Source: Neodothiora populina (lineage: Eukaryota). From it: DNA of 64,000 nucleotides. This document shows positions 24,304-34,782 of this stretch, one piece after another. Under the pieces are notes generated by a model, which saw nothing but the letters and a program-made list of their open reading frames with translations, searched no databases and was not told the DNA's origin. Both the position numbers and the translations under genes were made by a program. The stretch covers positions 744,001 to 808,000 of the forward strand of contig NW_027191410.1 in assembly GCF_041146345.1 (NCBI RefSeq). The letters are read 5' to 3'. Numbering within the stretch: position 1 is the stretch's first letter; every line of letters starts with the position of its first letter.

Positions 24304-25472
24304 ACACGGAATCCACGCAATATCACATTCATATGCCAAACTCAATCAAGAAGACTTGCAGCGTCCCGGATCACACATACTTGGTCCACGAAATGTCATT
24401 ATGAGAATACGCTATACGCTATACGCCACATTCTGTGTTGCGAAATTGCTGGCACTCAGGAACCACCAGGTCCGCTGTTACTCACAGTACCCGAGGACCG
24501 AGGAAACCTGGGACCATCCTCAGACTGGAATTTAAATCAAAGTCTACAATGGTCTACGGACGATGATTCTCAAAAGAGTCCGTGGAGGGCTCTACACTTC
24601 TTCATTAACCCGTATGAAGAGTGGGTTTTTGGACCAGAGCACCGCTTTGGCTTATTTGCCAACTCATGGTGATCCTTGCTCTTGTTGTGCAGCCACAACG
24701 AGTGCAACATACAGCTCGGTTGTCCATTTCTAATAAGAGCTGCTGTCTACGGTGGTATAAAGCAGACAAGGGGTTATGCATGTGCAGGAGAGTCACAAGC
24801 GGCAGGTGGAAGCTTGTACCCCAATATAGTCAGAGGACAGCAGTAACGCAAGACATAGATAGGACGAGCCGCAAGACAATAAAAGGATTACGTCGCTCTA
24901 GTACAAGGTGTGCCTCTCATCCAACGTACAATTGATGAATCCATAGATAGATGTCTCATTGTAAAGGATGTAGAAACGTGATAAAAAGAGCAAAGCATCG
25001 AGCAGCACTGCAAGACGTTGGATGTTGGAGCAAGTGGACCGTGCACGTGTCGAGCTCCGGTGAAGTGCTCGCATTCCCTCAACGTCATCAGGAAGGCACC
25101 TCATTCACCAAGTAATTATCCACCACTCTCTACTATTCTCTGCGCTACACTCCATATCCAGCAGATCTAAACACCCGCCTGTACATTTGCGGGTAGTGTA
25201 TGCTTGGATTGCGACCGCGACTTGTAGCCCGCCCATCGTTGCTTGACCTACTGAGAAAGCAAGACATCGACCGCCTTTCATCCCAGCCCCTAGCTCAGTC
25301 GCCAGCCGGCTCTCGAGTACGATCAAGAGCATCCTCTGAATCAGAAGTAGACGACGGCATCGAAGAGCACAACTCAGATAGCCCATATTACGCCCCTCTA
25401 CCTGCCAGTCCAGTCGAAGCCTCACCCACTGAGCACATACCCAAACAAGGACAAAAGCAGACACCTAAAACA

Positions 25473-27781
25473 ATGGCTCAAGTGCGTTCATGCCCGTATA
25501 CCAACCCGCAGCTCCAGCAGCTTGGATCCATTGAGCTCAAGTTCTGACTCGACGTTGGCCTTGATGCGTTTAGAGGTTTCTTTCATAGATATAACGGTCT
25601 CTAACATTGGCTTCAGAACAAGAATGCAAACACCGATGCCGAGTTGGAGCAGTTGGGCTCCATCTTCTCGGTTTCCGGGTACGTTCTAACTGCGATATGC
25701 GCAATCAGCAACTTGGACTATAGATGTGCTGACACTGTGCTAGACCCGTCATCGTCGCCGAGAACATGATTGGTGTTGCCATGTACGAACTTGTATGCGA
25801 AATTCCCCGCCCAACAGCTGACTGCTCTCTGATCATTGCTCACCATTTCAGGTCAAAGTCGGACACGACAACCTAGTCGGCGAGGTCATCCGTATCTCTG
25901 CCGACAAGGCTACCATTCAGGTTTACGAGGAGACTGGTAAGATTGCGCCAATCAAGCTCTGCCGTGACACGCAAAAGAAACCCAGTCACAGCACTGCCAT
26001 ACATGTTCTGGACCACGCTGACAGTATACCTTACAGCTGGTGTCACCGTCGGTGACCCTGTCAAGAGAACTGGACAACCTCTGTCCGTCGAGCTCGGACC
26101 CGGCCTCATGGAGACTATCTACGACGGTATTCAACGACCTCTTAAGGGTATCGCCGATGAGTCCAACAGCATTTACATTCCTCGTGGTATCGACGTTCCC
26201 TCGCTCGACCGAACCAAGAAGTGGGAGTTCAAGCCTGGCAAGTACAAGGTCGGCGACCACATCACCGGTGGTGACGTCTTTGGCTCCGTCTGGGAGAACT
26301 CTCTCCTCAACGACCACAAGATCCTTCTTCCTCCCAGAGCCCGTGGTACCATCACCAGAATCGCCGAGGCTGGCGAATACACCGTCGACGAGAAGATCCT
26401 CGAGCTCGAGTTCGATGGAAAGAAGTCCGAGTTCAGCATGATGCACAAGTGGCCCGTCCGAGTCCCAAGACCCGTAAACGACAAGCTTGGTTCCGACTCG
26501 CCCTTCATTGTTGGTCAGCGTGTCTTGGACGCCCTCTTTCCATCCGTGCAGGGTGGTACCGTCTGTATCCCCGGTGCTTTCGGTTGCGGCAAGACAGTCA
26601 TCAGTCAATCTGTCTCCAAGTTCTCCAACAGCGATATCATCGTTTACGTCGGGTACGGTCCCAGATAATCCTCCCTCAACAGGCCTTTGCTGACTTCCTT
26701 CTTACAGATGCGGAGAGCGTGGCAACGAGATGGCTGAAGTCTTGATGGATTTCCCCGAGCTCACCATCGAGGTCGACGGCAAGAAGGAGCCCATCATGAA
26801 GCGCACCACCCTCATCGCAAACACTTCCAACATGCCTGTCGCTGCCCGTGAGGCCTCCATCTACACCGGAATTACGGTCGCTGAATATTTTCGCGATCAG
26901 GGCAAGGACGTGGCCATGATGGCTGATTCGTCTTCTCGCTGGGCCGAGGCTTTGCGTGAAATTTCTGGTCGTCTCGGAGAGATGCCTGCTGATCAAGGTT
27001 TCCCTGCCTACCTCGGAGCCAAGCTTGCTTCTTTCTACGAGCGTGCCGGTCGCGTCACAGCTCTTGGTAGCCCCGAGAGAAAGGGCAGTGTCAGTATCGT
27101 CGGTGCCGTCAGCCCTCCCGGCGGTGATTTCTCCGACCCCGTCACATCTAGTACTCTTGGTATCGTGCAAGTCTTCTGGGGCCTCGACAAGAAGCTCGCC
27201 CAGCGCAAACATTTCCCATCCATCAACACTTCGGTCTCCTACAGCAAATACGAGAGATCTCTGGACGCCTACTATCAACAGAACAACCCCGAGTTCCCTC
27301 GTCTGCGTGACCGCATCAAGGAGCTGCTTTCGACTTCCGAGGAGTTGGACCAGGTCGTGCAGTTGGTCGGAAAGTCTGCTCTCGGCGATGGAGACAAGAT
27401 TACCCTCGATGTTGCTACTTTGATCAAGGAGGACTTCCTTCAGCAGAACGGATACAGTGACTACGACCAATTCTGCCCACTTTGGAAGACGTTCTGGATG
27501 ATGAAGGCTATGATGGGATTCCACGATGAGGCACAAAAGGCTGTTGGTCAGGGACAGGCCTGGAACAAGGTCCGCGAGGCCACGGCGGATATCCAGACTC
27601 AATTGAGAAGCATGAAGTTCGAGTTGCCCACGGACGGCGAGGAGACTGTCACCAAGAAGGTAAGAAGACGCCTCTTCCATTTTCATTCATTAATGTCCCA
27701 CTTGCTGACATTCGAATCACACAGTACGAGGAATTGCTGCAACATATGAACGAGAGGTTTGCATCTGTTATCGACGAGTAA
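25473..27781 (+). CDS. VMA1: V-type ATPase catalytic subunit A (7 exons, no intein)
   Basis: [58 protein letters not shown]; six canonical introns; ends FASVIDE*. Confidence 0.98.
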
Positions 27782-28425
27782 GCGCAGGAGTTTCACAGTT
27801 TGTCAAGTGTAGCGTTTTTGTGGGGGGAGAACGCAGAATGTAGGCGATAGAATGGTAGTTGTGTAGCGTATTGGACTGTACATAAGTCTTCCGAGTCTGT
27901 ATCATCCATGAGATTTCCTGTGGTAATGATGATGATGGTGGTTGTGGTTGTAGCGAGCAATTTGTGCAGCATGCGGATGGTTCAATTTCATGGACCAGTA
28001 CCGAGGTGAATCCATTTGGTGATCATCAGTAGTCGTGTACAAGTGTTTGTCGGTGGGGAATCTTTAGACAACCCCCCATACCCCGCTTCCCCGCGGCTAT
28101 TGGACGTCAGTGGAGTTGAATCACCTATATCGATGGTAATTACTGGTATCAGATATATGAATAGTCACGGCCGTCTGTCAACCAGTGTAATCATTAGTTT
28201 TCCATTTCGAGCGATTTTACATCATAAAGGTCTAACACAATCGATGGAACCTGCAACACTGCTATATCGACCTCAAACCTTCTCTGGTATTTATCTGCTT
28301 TCAGTGCCTACCTCTGCTCATGTGGTTCTTGTTGTGTCATCCTGATCGAAACCGACATCATCTATTTTGTGTTTGAATGTCTGTTCGGACAGTCGTCATC
28401 AATATCTTCCAATCGGCGATTGACA

Positions 28426-28459
28426 AGACAAGACCACACCAGACAAGACCACACCAGAC
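28426..28459. repeat. Short tandem duplication (AGACAAGACCACACC x2) upstream of the AMACR-like gene
   Basis: Directly visible, within an A-rich leader. Confidence 0.6.
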
Positions 28460-28590
28460 AGCAAAAAAGCAGACAGCAAAAGCCCGAGCATAAAACCTGC
28501 GATATAGAGTAAAGGCGCAATCGACGACAAGCGGGCACGATTCAGATAGAAGAATCGGAACATAAGGAAAACAGGAAAAGGAAAGACAAA

Positions 28591-30057
28591 ATGCCACAAT
28601 ACCCGCCTCCTCTATCGGGGATCAAAGTCCTCGAATTCGCGGGATTGGCGCCTGGTATGGTATCGTTATTTTCCTCTTCATCTTTCCTTTTCTCTCGATA
28701 TTGTTGCCAGATGATGCTGATGTTGTCTCTTCTCGTCACAGGTCCGTTCGCTGGAATGCTCCTTGCGGATTTCGGAGCGACGGTGTTGCGGATTGATAGA
28801 GTAGTGGCTCGGCAGCCTCAATCTGGGCCTCCTTCTTCTTCTGCGTCGTCGTCGTCGTCGGCATCATCGTCTCGTGATCCCACTCCCACTTCACAGTCGA
28901 CAGAGAGCAAGACCAACAGCAACAGCAACAGCAACAGCAGCGGCACATCCGACCTCCTAACGCGGCGCAAGAAATCCATAATCGTAGACCTAAAATCACC
29001 CGCCGGACTCTCCCTAATCAAGTCTCTGGTCCCAAATGTCGACATAGTAATCGACCCCTTCCGGCCAGGCGTGCTCGAGAAAATCGGTCTTTCCCCCTCT
29101 AAAGTCCTGCAACGACTGAACCCGCGCCTCATCGTGGGCCGCATGACGGGATTCCGCCGCGATGGGAAATACGCCGATATGGCGGGGCATGATATCAATT
29201 ACCTCGCTGTGTCCGGGCTGTTGGACATGCTGGGTCGGAGCGGGGATGGGCCGCATGCGCCGGCGAATATTCTGGGGGATTTCGCGGGTGGGGGGCTGGT
29301 TTGTGTGCTGGGGATTGTGCTGGCGTTGCTGCATAGAGAAAGTACGGGTATGGGACAGGTCGTCGAGGCGAATATGGTTGATGGCGCGGCGTATCTTGGC
29401 TCGTTTATGCGCTTGTTGCAGAGCACGCCCAAGTGGGATAGGCCGAGGGGTGAGAATCTGCTTGATGGCGGGTGTCCTTATTACGATACGTATGAGACCA
29501 GGGACGGGCGCTACGTAGCCGTGTGAGTCTAGCGTGCTTCTTCCTCCATCCTGGATTGTGCTGAACGACAACCTCACAGGGGAGCACTAGAGCCACAATT
29601 CTTCGCCGCGTTGCTGAAAGGCCTCGACATCAAGTCGTCAGCATTAGGTGGCGCACGCGACGACCGCGAGACCTGGCCGTTGATGAGAGACGTCTTCCGC
29701 ACGGCGTTCTTGTCCAAAGACCGAGCGGAGTGGGAGGCGATATTCGATGGCACAGACGCCTGCGTCACGCCTGTGCTGACGCATCGGGAGCTTGCGGACG
29801 CCAAATACGATCAGCGACCGATTGTCACGCTCAGAGATTCTCCCAGTAGGGCCATCTCGGACCCAGACAAAGATGAGAGACCGGCGGCTGAGGGGCAGGG
29901 ACTGGGCGTTGAAGGCGAAGGGTGGGCTAGTGACGGCTTGCAGCCTGGTGATGGAGGCGAACAGCTTCTCGCTCAATGGATGGGCTGGAGTCGAGGGAGA
30001 AATTACGAAGTCGTGGACGGAGGACTTGCGAAGTCGGAGCGCAAGGCAAAACTGTAA
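28591..30057 (+). CDS. Alpha-methylacyl-CoA racemase / CaiB-BaiF family III CoA-transferase, peroxisomal (AKL)
   Basis: [66 protein letters not shown]; introns 28655-28741 and 29523-29579; ends KAKL*. Confidence 0.93.
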
Positions 30058-30188
30058 TGGCCTACAGGGCTGGAAGACATGAGATATTCATGAAAATCGT
30101 CCAGCTCTATGCCGCGAGCGAGCATGTAAAATTGACTTTAGGGGGGTATCTTATCCTTTTATGTAATCGTACACGAGCAGCAGGTCGT

Positions 30189-32021
30189 CTAGAACCAGTC
30201 ACTCCAATCGAAGCCCCCACCTGATCCGCCTCCGTCGCCTCCACCTCCACCACTTGAGCCCTGGTTCCAAGGATCATTGCTCTGTCCCCATGGGTCTTGT
30301 TGGTTTGGTGGTTGGCTATCATCCCATTGACCCCATGGCGATTGCTCGGAACCGTCTGGCGGCCCAGGCTGGCCATCTTGTGGGATCGACTGCTGGTCAT
30401 AGGGATCACTCGGCGCGGTCGGACTTGCATCGTCGACCTCTTGCTGCTGTTGCTGGCGGCCGCGCTGCATGGCCTCATAGCCAGCCATTGTTCCAGCGCC
30501 TCCCACAGCGCCCGCAGCACCCTCAGCAGTTCCCAAGCCACGAGCGGCATTTCCGACAGCACCTGCGGCCCCTTCAGCGGCGCCGACCTCACCGATTGCT
30601 CCCGCGGCTCCTGCGGCCTCACCAGCACCGACCGCTCCTCCAGCAGCACCGCCGACGGCACCACCTTCGGCTGCCCCACCCATACCGGGAAACCACAGAG
30701 GGAAGAAGCCCATACCACCAGTGCCAGCACCAGAGTGACGGGAGAAGTAATCGAAATCTATACTCACGGCGGTGGCGAGCATGACGGCGCGCTGGTCAAG
30801 AGTCATGGCCGTCTCTTCTCTGCCGAGCGACATGTCGTCACCGGAGAGATTGCCGACAGGTTCGTGGGCGAGAGCAGCAGAGTCCATGCGCAGGGCATAA
30901 ACACCGGTATCGGTAAAGATTTCTCTGGCGAAACCTCCAAAGTTGCGGTTCACGCTTCCAGTCACCCGATCTTGATAGTCTTTTAGTGTGAAGTCCCAGG
31001 ACAGGAAGGGCTCGTTGACGTAAGCAAATTGAGCCATGTTTGCCTCGATGGCTTCTTCCGTGGGTTCGGCCAGGGTTACAGCCTTGGAGGCGGAAGTTGA
31101 CTGAGATGGTGCAATAGCAGGCGTGCTTTGCTGTGATGAAGCGGGAGAGCGGTGACTGAAGAGATTGTACTTTCTTCTCAGGGGCGCCCACTGTTGCTGG
31201 GCTTCACCTATGATGCGCATTTGCGAGAGGGGAAGCGGCGAGACATGTCCAGGCTCCGTGGCTATGGCGACCGAAGTCTCGGGCGAAGTCAGGTCAGAGG
31301 AAGTATCAGCAGAAGGAGTGGCAGAGTGTGGATCATATATGCGGATTCTCGATGAAATCCAAGAAAAGGGGCGGTGTATCCTCAAGACCTCGCGCTGGTT
31401 CAAATCAAAGATGTGTGCAGTGAAGCTTCTGTGTGTCCTGAAGGCTTGTCGAGCAAGAGCTTTTCCGATGCCGTGGTCTTGTTCTGCCATGTAGCCTATA
31501 GTCTCGCCTTTTCCATCCATGATGACATATTTGTTTGCCTGTTCGAATCCCGCAAAGACATTCATCATCTCGAGCTGCCTCTGGATGACCAGGGAGCTAT
31601 TGCTCAGCAGAGCCATGGCGGGATGGCCCTTGTGAAGAACACCATCCGGGTCATCCGGGACAGTGACCGGGGTCACGAGATCTGAGCTTTGGTTCTCGGC
31701 GAGAGCATCAGAGACGAGTTCTGTCTTGGACGGATCAGGTTGTGGTTGGTTGGATGGTGGCGGTCCTTGTGCGCCCGAGTCGTCCTGGCTCTTTGGGGAC
31801 CGGGTTGACTGAGGCCTTGAGTTCCGCAGCGCATGAGCGGTGACCCTGCTCCCAGATACATCTTGTGTTGATTTCCGTGCTCCGAGGAATGATGGCGACG
31901 GTGATTCGTCGACTATAGATCGAGGTCCTCGAGGAGGGTGAGAAGACGAGTTTATGGCGCGCCATCCATCGTAAGCGCCAGTGCGTCTCACGGCTCTCGA
32001 GACAGTGACAGCTCGTTTCAT
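30189..32021 (-). CDS. AIM25: Mitochondrial phospholipid scramblase family protein
   Basis: LVIQRQLEMMNVFAGFEQANKY, RPFSWISS, QQWAPLRRKYNLF, FAREIFTDTGVY, QRAVMLATAVSIDFDYFSRHS; Gly/Ala-rich tail. Confidence 0.9.
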   Translation of the reverse strand: MKRAVTVSRAVRRTGAYDGWRAINSSSHPPRGPRSIVDESPSPSFLGARKSTQDVSGSRVTAHALRNSRPQSTRSPKSQDDSGAQGPPPSNQPQPDPSKTELVSDALAENQSSDLVTPVTVPDDPDGVLHKGHPAMALLSNSSLVIQRQLEMMNVFAGFEQANKYVIMDGKGETIGYMAEQDHGIGKALARQAFRTHRSFTAHIFDLNQREVLRIHRPFSWISSRIRIYDPHSATPSADTSSDLTSPETSVAIATEPGHVSPLPLSQMRIIGEAQQQWAPLRRKYNLFSHRSPASSQQSTPAIAPSQSTSASKAVTLAEPTEEAIEANMAQFAYVNEPFLSWDFTLKDYQDRVTGSVNRNFGGFAREIFTDTGVYALRMDSAALAHEPVGNLSGDDMSLGREETAMTLDQRAVMLATAVSIDFDYFSRHSGAGTGGMGFFPLWFPGMGGAAEGGAVGGAAGGAVGAGEAAGAAGAIGEVGAAEGAAGAVGNAARGLGTAEGAAGAVGGAGTMAGYEAMQRGRQQQQQEVDDASPTAPSDPYDQQSIPQDGQPGPPDGSEQSPWGQWDDSQPPNQQDPWGQSNDPWNQGSSGGGGGDGGGSGGGFDWSDWF

Positions 32022-32552
32022 TGTGAGGATGGTCAGCTTAGAGAAAGGTGTACATCAGCAGCAATGTATAGATGACTTGAGTGGGATGGATGGAATAGAA
32101 TGTCGAAGGTCGCACGCACAAATTCACGCATGACGCCAGACGTACGTTGTATCACAGTCACGGTGAGGTATAACAGATCTCTTACTTGTGCCACCGGCAC
32201 GGGCCGAGTAGCAAGCAGTACTCGAATAGCCAAGGTACTGTATCTATCATGCGGACCATTCTCGCCATTATTCGTTTTTTGCTATAGACCAAGCGACCTG
32301 CACTCGATCGTACCCAAGTAGTGCCGTATAGTGATACCAGTTCCTCTTGCTCTGAACCGCCCGGCTATATGAGTGAGGATGATATAACACTCATCAGGCT
32401 GTAAGGTGCCTGTAGCATATGAAACCCCCGGCTTGGCAGACTTCGCCGCAGTGTGACGTGCAATTGACTTGGATCTCAAATCAACCCTTCCCATCACACT
32501 CGATACTATACCATCCGACTTTGTTCGACTGTCCCTGTGCCTTGTTCGCGAC

Positions 32553-33129
32553 ATGACGACTTCCGTGGCATCGAAGCGTCTCTTCTCAGAGTACAAACAC
32601 CTCACGCAAGACCCTCCCGAGGGAATTACCGCCGGACCGGTCTCAGAAGACGATCTGTTCGTCTGGGAGGCTCTGATCGAGGGTCCCGAAGGAACTCCCT
32701 ACGAGGGTGGCATCTTCCCCGCCGAACTCAGATTCCCCAAAGATTACCCTCTCATGCCGCCGACTATGAAGTTTCTGTGCGACATCTGGCACCCAAATGG
32801 TGTGTAACCTTGCCTTGTTCTCATGTCATGCTACAGTCAGTAGTACATCCTTGCTGACATGCGACACCGTTTTAGTGTACTCGAATGGCGTCGTCTGCAT
32901 TTCCATCCTCCACGCCCCGGGCGACGACCCGAATCACTACGAGCACGCATCCGAGCGCTGGTCACCCATTCAGTCCGTCGAGAAGATCCTCATCAGCGTC
33001 ATGAGCATGCTCGCCGAGCCCAACGACGAGTCTCCCGCGAACGTCGACGCCGCGCGCATGTGGCGTGAGAGGAGATCTGATTTCGAAGAGAAGGTCCGAA
33101 GCGAGGTGCGGAGATCGCTGGGTCTTTGA
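32553..33129 (+). CDS. UBC7: Ubiquitin-conjugating enzyme E2 (Ubc7/UBE2G2)
   Basis: Intron 32800-32875; [43 protein letters not shown], with the Ubc7 acidic loop. Confidence 0.96.
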
Positions 33130-34782
33130 CAGTAAAGATGAAATAGATGATGATGGGCGAAGAAGATTTATACCTCAGACGGGGACGATGACATCTCAGT
33201 GGCTTTTCTTTCGCGCAGGTATAGAGCAAGGCGTTAGGCAGGACATAGGGGTCATTTTCTCACACAAACACATGTGTTCCAATCATATCTCGCTCTGCGA
33301 CGGCACTCGAGATGCGGTCATCTAAGGTCACCGAGGCTCGACTCGTACACGAGAATACACAAGGTCATATTAGCATCATGTGATTGTTGTCAAGGCCACA
33401 GAGCCGGAAAAGGACAGTAAGTCATGAGACCCTGAGCTCAAACCTCGAGGAAAAGTATATCAGTAGCTATATCGCGCATCTCTCTGTAGGCAAAGAGGTA
33501 CAATAAGTACCCACTCCTACATCTATTCGGAGGTATCGTGTATACCACACGCTGGCACGCACGACACTCATACCTAGAAGAGGTCCGCAAGTGGCTATGC
33601 TACCACCCCGGACGATGCTAAGACTTGGAAGAGCAAAGTAGGAACGTCGCTCACAGTAGATCAAGCCTGTGTATGGAATTTCAATGATCTGATCTGGATG
33701 TCAATTAGCATATCTTGCAGATTGATGCGACTCCATATCTTCAGCACCACGGACAGCATTAATGAACTTACAACACGATGTATCACTCATCCCAATGGCG
33801 AAATTAGAGAGGTAGGACCCATATTCCTATTGGAGAAGAACAAGTGTGTCCATGTCTCTTCAAGCAATCTTTCCCTGTATTAGATATGTAGTTATATAGG
33901 GATAATTCAGTGAGAAATTGATGGCATAACGCCTTAGAGAAGGGGGAACGTCCTTGACTACCGACCTCCTAGTCAATCTTTCAAGAGGCTCGAGTCCATC
34001 CAGACTCCTTAAACACCCCGAGCCAGCCAATCACTTCGATTATTCAGCTCACCGAGCGGGACCCCTATCGCGCTGCCCTGATCTAGATTGCTCAATCATC
34101 AACAGTCTGACTAAAACCCCAAGATCGAGACAAGGGTGGCTTAAACCAATGTAAGATGGACTTATGGCGAGGTATTGCTAAGGTTGATGAACGTGAGCAA
34201 AGGGCTTGTGTTACGGATCCTCGAATCTTCGACCTCCAACAAGGTGATGAGTCCGAATATCACAACACAAAGACTCAACGACGGTCTTCCGCAATGAGAC
34301 GAGATACGATCGCAATAGGTCTTCGTGTGCAATCACTCGAACATATGTGATTGAACACGTGAAGCTCTCTAGTCTTGCTTTCGCGGTCGAGACTAGCCCA
34401 CTGTGGTTAGGTCCAACATTGCTCGTAGATCACAGACTGCCATTGCGAATCTCCCTGCTTCATTCCGCGTTTGGGACCGCGTATTGCCTTGTCTTCAAAA
34501 CGATCACTGTAGACCTGTAACCAATAGAAAACATCTGATAATGGCCGACGCGAGCAGAGATATGTTGTCTTTGTGGAGAGAGCTGACTATATCAAATTCA
34601 AGGTCAGATCGTGTAAATCATGTCGTTTGTCATTTAGAGCTTTCGATAGCATGTTTGCATAAGGTACTAATGAACTCAGGTAGCGATCACTAATTATTGA
34701 TGGAAACAGCCATCTTCCCCTAAAGATGGGTATAACAAATAGAAACGAAAGAACATTCCCGCTGTGGTTGACTGGTGTCACT

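Noticed and set aside
25952..27686. Antisense ORFs (218 and 336 aa) over VMA1
   Set aside because: Same codon-bias artefact on a highly expressed gene.
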